Below are positions 25,401-39,100 of a DNA stretch of 64,000 nt, piece by piece. Source of the stretch: Antedon mediterranea (lineage: Eukaryota > Animalia > Echinodermata). The position numbers were made by a program, and so were the translations under genes. Every line of letters starts with the position of its first letter. Position 1 is the first letter of the stretch. Under the pieces are notes generated by a model. The model saw only the letters and a program-made list of their open reading frames with translations, had not been told where the DNA came from and made no database searches. The stretch covers positions 10,021,888 to 10,085,887 of the forward strand of contig NC_092676.1 in assembly GCF_964355755.1 (NCBI RefSeq), read 5' to 3'.

Positions 25401-28400
25401 GTCTTTTGACAATAGACCAATCAGAAGCCACATTGGATCGATTAAATCGTTCCTTGGCTTTGTCCCTTTCGTGCATGAGAGTTAAAATATCGTCTCTACC
25501 ACTTAACCATTTTGGCAATTTGCCTTTAAAGCGTTTAATATAGGGGCATGCTTGTTGCACACATTCGTAAATAAGTCAACGAATGTGTCATATATTGAAT
25601 CAATATCATCCATGTTGTCAATGACAGACCAGGGTTGGTCATTTAGGTCATTGCGGAAATATTCAGAATTAAAGTTCTTATAAGTTCTAAAAGTCCTCTG
25701 TGAATGAGAAAATTTAGGCATTTTAAATTTAATTCGTGTATAAATGAAATCGTGGTCACTGAGAGCACTTGGTTAACACGACACTCAATATGCACATGAG
25801 GGTTATTCGTTAAAAATACATCAATAAGAGTTGATGTATTAGTGTTAGTCCTTGTAGAAGACGGCACGATTTGTGCTAACCTAAAGCGTGCCATAATGTC
25901 TTTTAGTTTTTTAGATTTTGCATGTGAGTTAAAATCACAGTTCATATCGCCTGCAATGATAACGTATTTAAAACGTGTAGTAAATATTTCCAGTGTAGAT
26001 TCAAATCTATTGAAGAAATCAACTGGTTCATTTGGCGGTCGATAGATAGTGGAAAACAAAATAGTTCTACCACTCGGAACTTTGATTACGATTGCAAGTT
26101 GTTCAATACTTTCCATTGCTGGGTCTTCAAATTCCATGAAGTTGATGTTTTGATGAATGAATATCGCGACACCGCCTCCGTTCCTAGTTCTGTCTTTCCT
26201 TATCAGGATGTAGTTAGGAATATCAAGTTGACTGGAACAAATAATACTACTAAGTTTCGTTTCTTGTAACAACAGTATGTGAACTGGTTGGTAGTGTAAC
26301 AAGACTCTAACATCGACGATTTTATCGAGTAAGCTGTTAACATTCACATCTGCAATTTTTAAACCATGTTGATGACGAATGGTACCAAAATTAGTTCCTG
26401 TGTCTTCTTCATCTTGTACAATGGGACCAGGATTGATCTCAACGTCACCCGAGAGTGCTAGTAAGTTGAAAGTAGCCGTAGAGTTAGCATAATATTGTAT
26501 GGAATTACCATAAAAACGACGCTTCTTTCGTTCTTTGCATTCATTTTTTGCTTAGTATTTGCACAGTTACCGTATTGTTTCAATGTTCATTTAAGGTCAC
26601 GAATGCTGTGCAGTGGCCTGGATTAGTAGCTATTTCCATTGATCGCTTGCGATCGCATGACGTGGAAAATTTGACGCAAACACTGGATGGAAAATAATCT
26701 AGATGTAGGCCTAATGATGGAATGCAATCAGGGTGTGACCACAAAGTACGATGTTTAGGTGCATTTCCATCATTAAAACAGTTATATATGCTCACATCCA
26801 ATGCTGTATTGATTATGTATGCCAATAAAATAACGATTGATGAAATAATGGTAAGTAAACCGAAAGGTTTTCGTCTTACCATCAATCTGTTCTCTAAGTC
26901 TAATAATTCACAGTTTTCCATTATAAAGACAGTAGTTACCACAGCAATATATCAAAATCCAACATAAATATAAGACAACTAAGTGTTGCTCACGGTCTTG
27001 CTGATAGATCGTTGATATGCCTAGGCCCAAGGAGTAGTACTTGGTATCGGCTATCCGGGAAAGAATGCTTCTCCGATACCACCGCGGGTACAGTATATTG
27101 AATTGTTAGAATGCAGGGCTAGAGAGCACCGAGTATCATACGTCTGTTCTCTACCGAGCCGTGTCACTAACCATGTGACTAATGTTTCCATACCTTTTCA
27201 AGTAGAAAGATACTTTGTGGCTTCTTGATAGGTGGTACAATCATGTTTAGAATGGTTCTATTATAAATGCAATACGGCCACCATAATTCAATAATTGGTT
27301 ATCCTTACTTAGCGGATAACCATTGTGATTGTCGGGAACTTTTTTTATTATTCTTTCTTTCTGAAACTTTTGTCTGCAAGGTTTGTCTAAAATTTGTACA
27401 CAGTACATTTTGTGACTTTGAATGAATAGAGACCTTTATGTGATGTGCAGCAACCTTCGTTTTATGACGTCAATTATTTTAATTTTTTGTACGTTTGGAG
27501 CCATATTGAGCATTTCAAAATTTTAATTTTGTTTGCGTTGCACGTGCATACTTGTGCACACAGCCAGTATTTAGATGTCGAAATGCCGTCGTAGTCGTTG
27601 ATTTTTGTTCTTTAAACTTTCCACTATATTCAAGAAATTCATAATTTTACAAAGTATCGTGATGATAATTATCTTTAATCGAATGCATCTAAATCTATAG
27701 AAATAATTGTTGATTTTAGAAAAGGAAGAGTAATTTTAACTAGGTTCTTTAAATTGTCCCTCGTTATGCCACTGTTGAAAAAGCAAAATCTCGACTCCAA
27801 CGTCCTACAAAATTATAGACCAATAGCAAATCTTCCCTTCCTTTTCAAAGTCTTGGAAAGAATTGCAACTGCTCAGATAAAAGCATATATGGATGAACAT
27901 TTCCTGTTTTCAAAAGTCCAATCAGCCTACCGCCGCTTCCACTCAACTGAAACCGCTTTATTACGTGTTACAAACGATCTACTACTTGCTTTAGACAAAG
28001 GTAATGAAGCGGTACTTATTCTACTCGACTACTCCGCCGCATTTGACACTATCAATCATGATTTATTATTTCAACGTCTTCAGAAAAGATACGGCATAAG
28101 CGGAACCGCTTTGAAATGGTTTATTTCATATTTTGAGAATCGTAGACAAGCAATCATTGTGGGTGATTTGATGTCTGATGAGTTCGCTCTACCCTGGGGT
28201 GTACCGCAGGGATCCGTAAAAGGTCCACTCGATTTCATCTTATACACTGGACCACTCAGCAACATCATTGATTCCCACCCGGAAGTTCGTCATATGATCT
28301 ATGCAGATGACACTCAACTATATTTAATCATGAAACCTACACATCACTCTGAATCTGTTAACAGCCTTGAATCATGCATTGCAGATGTTCGCTCATGGGC

Positions 28401-31400
28401 CATTCAAAATAAACTCATGCTCAACGACTCCAATACTGAAATGATCCATTTTCATTCAAAGTTCCGTGAGGCATCATCGTTTCCTTTGGTCCATATCGGA
28501 GATACTAGTGTCTCTACCTCCAGCTCAGCCAGAAATCTAGGCGTCCAACTAGACAACAGCCTCGGTTTAAAAGAACACATTCGTAATGTTTGCCGTGGTG
28601 CTTCCTTTGGAATTTACCAGATCGGCTAGATTCGTAAGTACCTTGACAAAACATCAACTGAAGGTCTTGTTCATGCTTTTGTTTCATCTCGTCTGGACTG
28701 TAATAACTCGCTTCTGTACGGCCTACCAACTTCTTATCTGTCTCCTCTTCAACGAATCCAAAATTCCGCCGCAAGACTTATCACTGGCACTAAACGACAT
28801 GAACATATTTCTCCCGTTTTACGTGACTTACACTGGTTGCCTGTAGATCAGCGCATTCGTTTTAAAATCCTGTTGCTGACATATGCAAGAGTTAAGTGGA
28901 CAAGCCAAGATCTGAAAAACTAGAAGCAGGGAAAAGCATTTGTATCATCTCAATGTGGTTGGGATTTAGAACGATTAGTTAGACGCTCTTTGCTATAGAA
29001 TTCTGCAAGGGAACATAGACTTACGTCTGTATCATGTGGACCCTCAAACATTGCTACAGACATCTACAGGTGGTTATCACAACATTCGTGTCTATTTTCA
29101 GATAATTTGCAATGAAAAGTATATATATGCATCCAGGAGAAACGGGTTGGCAAATTTTAGATAGTAAATCTACCCAATCAGACTGATAAACCTCCAGCAC
29201 TATACTGAATTTTATCTACTGTGACTGCAATACGTGTACATACTGACACCATGGTCTCTTTTGCAGTGTGTCCACGGAGTGCAGAGAAGCTGCAGGAATT
29301 CCGAGCCACCAGACTTACAGTACGTGACTAATTGATTGGCGGTAAATGAGCAAGATAATTTTCAATAACAACATGAATATCTTACAGTAAAACAAGGAAC
29401 AAATCAGATACCATATGTGATTACTTTCACATAATTAGGACATACTGTACGCTGATATTTAACCCACGTTCCATTTCAGTTACAGTTTATTGCCATGTGT
29501 TTATTTCTATTCTAAATATGCTTGTACCACACCTACCAAGAAGTCACACAATACTTTTCTACTTGAAAAGGTATGAAAAAAAAAATAGTATATATTCATG
29601 AAAAAAACGAGCAGAAAATAGGATTAGCATAAGAATTCAGCGGTCATTTTAAAATATGCTAATTAGTATGCAAATTAACAAGTAACCTTTTCCAAATAAA
29701 AGCCCATGGGTCAATACCTCAATCGGAACTTTAAACCATTCAAATAGGCCGTTTTTAGGTAAAAATAATATGTCAAATTATTGAATTTTGGCGGCCATTT
29801 TGGATTTATGCAAATTAGACACCTTTCCCTATTAGTATTTTTGAGACTTTTAATATGGTGTTCTGGGGACCTAAAAAAAATGCATTGTGGTGAAAAAAAT
29901 TTTGTTGCAATTAGTTCCAAGTAAATAGGTAAAATGACTGGACTATCAGTGACCTCTACTTACACAGGCTGTAATTTGTTGCCCTTGTTCTACTTTGAAA
30001 GGTGGTCTGAATATAATATCATTGATCTCTTTTATTTGAGACGCTAAACAAGATGAACCGATCAGAAGAAGGATAGCAGCTACAATACAAAAAATTAACT
30101 CCTGTAAGGAAGAGAAAACATGTTCAATGGAAATACATACATATATTATAAAGGCCTATAGCAATTATATTGTATATGTAATATCGCACGTCTTATGATT
30201 TATTTTAAATTCAGTGGTTGGCAAAAAGACTGAGGTTATGAGAGTGGTTTATATGGGGAGCTGCATTTAGATATAGTGTTTATAGTAATTACCCTATTGT
30301 TTTTACCATGTCTATAATTATTCAGTAAGTATATACGTACAGTTTATTAAAAATAGATTAGTTATTAAAATAATCATACCGCTTTAGCAACATTAGATTT
30401 GTTGTGACCCATCCATTCTGCCATGAAAATGTGACCAATCACAGTGACACCTATCACGATTGCCACAAGCATTGCAAATACTGCATACAAGTAAAGCTCC
30501 CAGAATACGTCGCTGCAAACACAAGGTGACCAGATGCTCTTACAATCGACTAATAGATCAACAATAAGAGCAAATCCGATTATCAGTAAAGTCTGTCAAG
30601 AAAAGAAGCATATCATTTTAGGTCTATTCTATAAATAGTCTGCATAATAAAAAGTATCTGCAGCTCTGAGGAACGAACTCATTTTGTATATAGTGAGGTT
30701 TCTTTTTTTCTTCCCACTTTTATTTCTTAAAATTTCATAGATATAAATAATTATGAACATAATATTGTACATAGACCTTAACTACTGTATTTATTGTACA
30801 CGAGTAGCAATGATGACAGAGCATATATCAAGATCTAGAATAATTTATTGTGATATAAAAGATAAGGGTATTCTATTATGAATAACATAATTATAATATA
30901 ATAATTCACAAATAGGAAAGGATAAACAATATTATCTTAACAAATTGAAATCCTAAAATGAAAAAAAATAAAAATAAAACTACCCTGTACAGTATATCTA
31001 TTTCATTGCAGCTCCATTGTTGTATGTTTATCTTTTGTGGCGTAAACACTACATAACCATAAAATCATATTATTTTCATTATTATAAACTTTTTTGTGAT
31101 TTTGATTTTCATCAATAACATTTTAAAACTTATAAATTTCATATTACCTTCTTTTTTCATAAATTTTCTTATATTTTTCTATACTACACACTTACAATAG
31201 TTTAAGAAGTTATCACAAAGACAATTTTGTCATGTATTTTATTGTTTGTCATTTCAGAATTATTATTTTACAATTTATGTATATGCCTGTACAAGATAAA
31301 ACAAATGAAAATCATAGCTAATTTAATGCTGATATTGATAATTTGTATTCTATAATAGTGAAGGCTGCAGATGTGTAAATATAATCTCTAGATTATCTCC

Positions 31401-32776
31401 CGTTACTTACGATTCTGAGCATTCTCCTCCAAAAATTCTGAATAAATTTACAAATAAAAAACAAATGATTTTCATTTTTCAATTTCTCCACATTTATCAC
31501 ACGTTTGTGTTTCTTTAACTTTCCAATGATAAAGCCATTTGTTGATAGTCAGGATTTATGTAAAATCTTATAATTGAATTGTGCTAATTTCTAATCCTTC
31601 ATTTTACATACTTTCCGTTAACCAAGATGTTTTTGCCAATCTATGTTGTTGTCATTTTAGTTGTGACATTGGAATAATGACATGTTCATTCACAAACCAT
31701 GAGTACATTAGTTTGGTAGTAATACTTTCATATTTGGTCTTAACTAACTCATTATCATCATTACATTCGAACATCATGTAGGCCTACTATTAACAATAAG
31801 TTTCCAATGAATTGGTATTGCTTTAATAATACACAAATACTCATTTAACCAGTTTATATAGACCTACTGAAATAAATTTATTGTGATCACATAAAAATCA
31901 TAGATACAGCATACCTAAATGAAATTAATTAGCTTAATTTAAAATATACTCTATATACTTGGACTCCTTTTATATTAGGCAACTAACATAATTTAATTTG
32001 TTTTAGTGCATGCAACACGTGATATTCTACTAATGACATTAATATAATTTTTTTTAATATGGCAGCTAATATTATTATTCAATGAAAAACTAAAAAGAGA
32101 CGTTACAGAAGGTATTTACATTAGTTAATAACTAATTAATTAATAACAATAGAATGTTTACTGGACTTTGAAGCTAGTTATGTTAAACAAATAAAAACAC
32201 AGCAAATGATAGTTTGGTGCAAAGTTTAAAAATCACTATCGTTTTATTAATAAAGGCTTTTTGGGCGTGCCCTACATAACGAACATTTATTCAAATCTGG
32301 CATTCGAAATAAACAAGAACACTATGTCGATATTTCGACTTACTATGTCGATATTTTGATTTAATAATGAGGAATTTTTACTTAATTCGATAATAAGCTA
32401 TACTAAAATGGCTGGAACAGGCTTTCGTATGAGTACAAATTGAAAGTCAAAGAGAAACTCAAAACCATCACATCTATAATCGTAGGATTTTCATGGTTCT
32501 TCGTGTATTTTTGTCAATATAAAATACTTTAAGTCATCTGTTTTTAATCTAAACTATAATATATATTTATAAACAAATGGATATCTTAATATTATTATAC
32601 AGTAATTGTACTTTGTGATTTGTTTTTTTGAAACTTATTTTGTACAAATAGTATTTAGATTGATGGTCATGTTCACATGTAGCCTAACTGCCTAAGAACC
32701 AAACTGTATTGCTTATACTTACGGCTACAGTACACTTCAGTATTCCATTCAGAGTTGCCAAATACTTGAAATACAT
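22451..32776 (-). CDS. MARVEL-domain four-TM protein, paralog B, 161 aa; coding exons 32776-32723, 30592-30380, 30101-29964, 22531-22451
   Basis: MYFKYLATLNGILKCTVA / TLLIIGFALIVD..WELYLYAVFAMLVAIVIGVTVIGHIF..KA / ELIFCIVAAILLLIGSSCLA..QQITAC / IFGFASMVLLAVECVFL..*. GT-AG phase-0 introns; exon sizes 54/213/138/81 vs 54/216/138/93 in paralog A. Confidence 0.88.
23400..27170 (-). mobile_element. Near full-length degenerate CR1/L2-group LINE (APE endonuclease + RT) with an N-terminal 2A-like motif
   Basis: EN: NVNSL, LQETKL, RNGGGVAIF, IYRPP, GDMN. RT: NYRPISVLP, GFRP, VFIDLRKAFD, GIPQGSNLG. AATAAAT-type tail at ~23400-23427. Frameshifted. Confidence 0.9.
26423..26512 (-). other. 2A-like (StopGo) ribosomal skipping peptide
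   Basis: Translates to YGNSIQYYANSTATFNLLALSGDVEINPGP, in frame with the endonuclease ORF 26347-25643. Matches D(V/I)ExNPGP exactly. Confidence 0.8.
27754..28885 (+). mobile_element. L2-clade LINE reverse transcriptase fragment
   Basis: NYRPIANLPFLFKVLER, QSAYRRFHSTETALL, LLDYSAAFDT, GVPQGSV, YADDTQLY, then LVHAFVSSRLD and LHWLPVDQRI after a stop. Truncated at both ends. Confidence 0.9.
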
Positions 32777-33438
32777 GATTTAAACGTCTGAAAAGGATAT
32801 TTCAACACTGATATTAATTAATTCGGTGCTACAATAAACAAAAATGTTGTCTAAATCTACAATACAACAGAGAAAGTTCATGAACATTTTTATACCAGGC
32901 CTATATACTTTTTTTTATGATTCAATATTTACACATCTTTATACAGAATGTTATAATGATATACAGATATTAGTCTCCAAATAGGCTATGTCTGATAAAG
33001 AAGCCTTAAATAAACATATAAATATGATAATATTGAGTGATATACATCGTTTGAAAGCAAAATAATTGAGGATTTTTTAATAAGTGTTACGCATATTCAA
33101 ATTCTATTTCATTTGTTAGGTAAATTCAACAACTATACACATAAACATAAAGATGACAACGGTGTAGCATCCTGGAGATTGCCATGAACGCTAAGCACTA
33201 TCGCGTGCTAAACGTCAAACAAGTGAAAGCAGAATCTATATATAAATATTCCTTATTAATAATATAAAATGTCGTTAACAAACCAAACAATCAAACAAAT
33301 GTTACAGTTACAAAGGTTTATGTGATTGTTTTACACAAAGGTGTTCGTCTAATAACAGGTATAAAATGTGTGTATGGCTAGAAATGTTGTTAATGTTATG
33401 GCTATCGTGTGGCAGGCTTTCTTGGCCTTAGCTATCTT

Positions 33439-35721
33439 TAAATTTAAACTTTTAAAAATTGAGTTTGTGAATAGAAAATAATTTCCGATCGAAGCTTATT
33501 TACTTTTAACAATTATGCGATCTATAAATTAGGTACACACTAGAGTGTTCACTGGTTCGTATGGCTGTAAAGTATTACCGGAGGACCTAAATAAATTTAA
33601 ACTTTTACAAATTGAGTTTGTGAATAGAAAATAATTTCCGATCGAAGCTTACCTACCTTTAAAAAGGATGCGATCTTTAAAATAGGTACACACTAGAGTT
33701 TTCACTGGTTCGTATGGCTGTAAAGTATTACCGGAGGACCTAACTAAATTTAAACTTTTACAAATTGAGTTTGTGAATAGAAAATAATTTCCGATCGAAG
33801 CTTACCTACCTTTAACAAGGATGCGATCTTTAAAATAGGTACACACTAGAGTTTTCACTGGTTCGTATGGCTGTAAAGTATTACCGGAGGACCTAACTAA
33901 ATTTAAACTTTTACAAATTGAGTTTGTGAATAGAAAATAATTTCCGATCGAAGCTTACCTACCTTTAACAAGGATGCGATCTTTAAAATAGAATTTTCAC
34001 TGGTTCGTATGGCTGTAAAGTATTACCGGAGGACCTAACTAAATTTAAACTTTTACAAATTGAGTTTGTGAATAGAAAATAATTTCCGATCGAAGCTTAC
34101 ATACCTTTAACAAGGATGCGATCTTTAAAATAGGTACACACTAGAATTTTCACTGGTTCGTATGGCTGTTAAGAATTACCGGAGGACCTAACTAAATTTA
34201 AACTTTTACAAATTGAGTTTGTGAATAGAAAATAATTTCCGATCGAAGCTTACCTACCTTTAACAAGGATGCGATCTTTAAAATAGGTACACACTAGAAT
34301 TTTCACTGGTTCGTATGGCTGTTAAGAATTACCGGAGGACCTAACTAAATTTAAACTTTTACAAATTGAGTTTGTGAATAGAAAATAATTTCCGATCGAA
34401 GCTTACCTACCTTTAACAAGGATGCGATCTTTAAAATAGGTACACACTAGAATTTTCACTTGTTCGTATGGCTGCAAAGTATTACCGGAGGACCTAACTA
34501 AATTTAAACTTTTACAAATTGAGTTTGTGAATAGAAAATAATTTCCGATCGACGCTTACCTACCTTTAACAAGGATGCGATCTTTAAAATAGGTACACAC
34601 TAGAATTTTCACTGGTTCGTATGGCTGTTAAGAATTACCGGAGGACCTAACTAAATTTAAACTTTTACAAATTGAGTTTGTGAATAGAAAATAATTTCCA
34701 ATCGAAGCTTACCTACCTTTAACAAGGATACGATCTTTAAAATAGGTACACACTAGAATTTTCACTGGTTCGTATGGCTGTAAAGTATTACCGGAGGACC
34801 TAACTAAATTTAAACTTTTACAAATTGAGTTTGTGAATAGAAAATAATTTCCGATCGAAGCTTACCTACCTTTAACAAGGATGCGATCTTTAAAATAGGT
34901 ACACACTAGAATTTTCACTGGTTCGTATGGCTGTTAAGAATTACCGGAGGACCTAACTAAATTTAAACTTTTACAAATTGAGTTTGTGAATAGAAAATAA
35001 TTTCCGATCGAAGCTTACCTACCTTTAACAAGGATGCGATCTTTAAAATAGGTACACACTAGAATTTTCACTGGTTCGTATGGCTGTAAAGTATTACCGG
35101 AGGACCTAACTAAATTTAAACTTTTACAAATTGAGTTTGTGAATAGAAAATAATTTCCGATCGAAGCTTACCTACCTTTAACAAGGATGCGATCTTTAAA
35201 ATAGGTACACACTAGAATTTTCACTGGTTCGTATGGCTGTAAAGTATTACCGGAGGACCTAACTAAATTTAAACTTTTACAAATTGAGTTTGTGAATAGA
35301 AAATAATTTCCGATCGAAGCTTACCTACCTTTAACAAGGATGCGATCTTTAAAATAGGTACACACTAGAGTTTTCACTGGTTCGTATGGCTGTTAAGAAT
35401 TACCGGAGGACCTAACTAAATTTAAACTTTTACAAATTGAGTTTGTGAATAGAAAATAATTTCCGATCGAAGCTTACCTACCTTTAACAAGGATGCGATC
35501 TTTAAAATAGGTACACACTAGAGTTTTCACTGGTTCGTATGGCTGTAAAGTATTACCGGAGGACCTAACTAAATTTAAACTTTTACAAATTGAGTTTGTG
35601 AATAGAAAATAATTTCCGATCGAAGCTTACCTACCTTTAACAAGGATGCGATCTTTAAAATAGGTACACACTAGAGTTTTCACTGGTTCGTATGGCTGTT
35701 AAGAATTACCGGAGGACCTAA
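33439..35721. repeat. Tandem array, 15 copies of a 153-bp unit (one copy with an 11-bp deletion)
   Basis: Anchor AATTTCCGATCG recurs at 33480, 33633, 33786, 33939, 34081, 34234 ... 35611. Units are near-identical; the leftmost is the most diverged. Confidence 0.97.
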
Positions 35722-36104
35722 TTGAAAAAACGGTTAATTACAAAGTCCAATAATGCAATAGAACATTTCGTGAGCCAGACATCTTTACTATTTACATAGG
35801 CCTACATCACACATTTAATTAATGGTCTGTATTGCAAGTCTTTATATCAGTTAACTATACAAACACGATAGGAGTTGCGATATTAGGACTTCCCTAATGC
35901 TTCAAATTGATTAAATTTCATTTTGTTGGCTGACAAAACCAGTATAGTTTTTTTCACGAAAATTACACACCTTTATATCCTCAATTAATAAGCAATTAAT
36001 CAGTATTTCTGCATGGTTTAAAGGTAAATTAATTTTATCAAAAACTAACTTAATTTACTTTTATCATAAGAAATGTAAAAAAGATATACATTCAGATATT
36101 GTCA

Positions 36105-39100
36105 TACTCCGGTGGCAGGAGGGGGGAATCACCACCCGAAAGGGGACAAATTGCCATCCAACTTTTCTAGACTAGAATTTTCCGTAGATTACGAATATGG
36201 AAGGTAATCGATCAGGATAGGAAGCGTTTTCGAGATATAAGGGGTCAAAGTTCAAATTTGACCAATTACAATGTATTATGTATATGTATTATAACAAATT
36301 TATTGAAGCACAATTTGGTCTGTTATTACATTTTTATGATTATAAGTGTCTATTCAATCACCTTATAAAAAAAAAAATCCTTTGTGATTAAGGGTCAAAT
36401 GTCAATATTGACCAATCATAAAACGTACCTATAAAACCAAATAAAAACTAATATTTAATAAAAAATTGGATGTTTTCTCATCCTGTTAATCAATCATACG
36501 CAATGTAAAAGAGCGAATTCATCATTTCATCAGTTGACATGAGGTCAATTTCATCAGTTGACATAAGGTCAAAGGTCAACATTTTAATACGCGTATTAGT
36601 TAACAAATAAATGCAAAGTTGTCGAAACTATGATATTGATGCTTTTACAAGTAATCAAATTATTTGATTAGTAAAGTTATGTTATTTCATTATAATACTG
36701 TATTTAATCAAATCATCAGACTTCAATCAAGATAAGAAGCGAATTGGAAGAGATAAGGGGTCAAAGTTCAAAATTGACCAATTATAACAATGTATTATAT
36801 ACATATGTATTATAACCAATTTATTAAATTTCAATTTTAATACATGTATATGGTTATAGGTATTGTATGGTGTTATTCAGTCGCCTTATAAAACAAATAC
36901 TTTGCAATTAAAGGTCAAATGTCAATATTGACCAATCACACAATTTGCATTTAAAACCAAATAAAAACTAACATTTAAGACAAAATGTTATGTTTTATCA
37001 TTCTGTTAAGACATCTATCAATCATACACAATCAAAAGAGCACATTTATCATTACACAAGTCGACATGGGTCAAAGGTCAACATTTGAACAAATGATCCA
37101 CTAAATAATGCAAAGTTATTCAAACTATGAGATCGATGTTCATAAATGTAATCACATTATTTGATCAGTGAAGTTATGGTATTTTTATATTTTTTCTAGT
37201 GCGCATTATTTTAAATGTATTAATATAATACTGTAAAGTAAATAATTTAATTAATATTATGACGATTAAAATGTTATGATGTTAAAAAAAATGTTGCGCT
37301 GACCTTCAATGATTTGCCACTATACAGTTGCATTTATTAGGGCAACAATATTCGTTTTTGGAAAATAAACTACTATTCATCAGAACCAGAGAATACCAAT
37401 TCGTACAGGATAGGGCATAGGCAGATCCAGGTGGCCAAACTCAATCCACAACTCACTACACAGACAGACCACAATTTTTATATAGTTTGGCCCATACAGG
37501 AAAGAGTTTCCTGTATACAAAGGATTCTAAAATAACCCATATGGATTTGCCCGAATGAACCCTTTGAGGACCCTTTTGGGATCTCTATGTGGTGTGCTTC
37601 TACATAAGGCCCTGTATTAGAAATTAGTAAATAGTTCATAGATGAACTATGGAATAAAACTAAATGTGCACCCTCAATCTTTAAATAACATTTATGGATT
37701 TGCTCAAATGAACCCAAGGGCTGATCCTTCATGGACCTTTCGGGGTTCTCTATGTGGGGCTACAAGAGACCCTATATTGGAAATAATGTATGTGGGGTGA
37801 AAATGTGGGTTCATAGAGATATAATAAATATCCCTGTGCGCCCTCGATCATCCATAAAGAACATTTTATGGATTTGCCCAAATTAACCCAAGGGCCGGTC
37901 GTTCTCCATGGATGGACATTAAGCTCCATAATGGAAATATAAGGGGTGACACTGTGAGTTCATATAGACAGGCGCGGCCCATGAATTAAGCTGCCTGTGC
38001 ACTCTCGATCCTTAAGACAAATTTATGGATTTGCCCAAATTAACCCCCAAAGGCCGGTCCTCCATGGATGGACATTAAGCCCCATAATGGACATATAAGG
38101 GGTGACACTGTGGGTTCATAATAGACAGGCGGGCCCATGGAATAAAGCTGCCTTGCACTCTCCATCCTTAAGGAACACTTATGAATTTGCCCAAATTAAC
38201 CCAAGGGCCGGTCATCCATGGACATTAAGCCTCATAATGGAAATATAAGGGGTGACAATGTTGGTTAATATAGACAGGCACATGGAATAAAGCTGCCTGT
38301 GCACTCTCGATCCTTAAAGAACCGATTTGGATTTTGCCTAAAATAAAACAATTACAGCAGGTCATCTATTTAAACTCTTCTGTGGTTCTCTACTGTATGG
38401 TCAGTTCTACATTTGGCTCCTGTATGGGATCAATGCATTTGGCTACATAAGTTACTGTGTTAGAAATATATCGGGTAATTAAAACTGTAGGTTCCAATAT
38501 TAAGCCATGGGAAAAGCCTGTCTGTGCACCCTCAATCCTTTTAAAAGAACCCATATGGATTTGCCAAAATGAACCAAGGGTAACTTCTGAATTCTCTATG
38601 AGCCGTACATTCCGTTTATTGGAGATACATGGCTCAAAAGAAAGACATTGTACTGTATAGTAATAGTATTATTCCCCTTCCACACCTCTTTTTTAATTAA
38701 ATCTGCCCTGATAGGCTCTTTGTAAAGGCTTTCAAGGCAATAATCACACTTGTATTTTTCAAACAGTATAATCTATTAGATTGAATAAAAATATCTATTA
38801 TAAACAATTTGCCGTTAGAAATCTCTATGCCATGTCGTTATTTAGATGAGAAAAACAGGTCAAAGGTTAAAATTACAGAAAAATAGGTGTTTAAGTCACT
38901 TTTTGAAAAAAATGTTGCATTATGTAAAGTATAAACATATATATTGTGAACAATTTGACACCAAAATTGGCTCCTTACGACAAATATTTATTAATGTTTT
39001 TATAACCTTATTCAATTATGTCAAAGGTTAATAACCACACTTTCGGTCATTTTCAAGCAATATCATCTGTTATACTGAATATAAATGTATATCTTGGAAA

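Larger units (their letters stand above)
23031..29945. mobile_element. Academ-like DNA transposon relic in the last intron of paralog B, containing nested LINEs
   Basis: Termini TAGTTCAGTCATTTTA / TAAAATGACTGGACTA with 3-bp TSD TCA (23028-23030, 29946-29948). Long TIR: 23031-23356 plus 27185-27255 vs 29510-29945. Decayed GWQ..TDKPPA..CDC..C..C Cys-rich coding remnant at ~29130-29300. Confidence 0.8.

Noticed and set aside
33439-35721. Possible CRISPR-like array
   Set aside because: Units are near-identical along their whole length with no unique spacers, there are no cas genes, and the context is eukaryotic.
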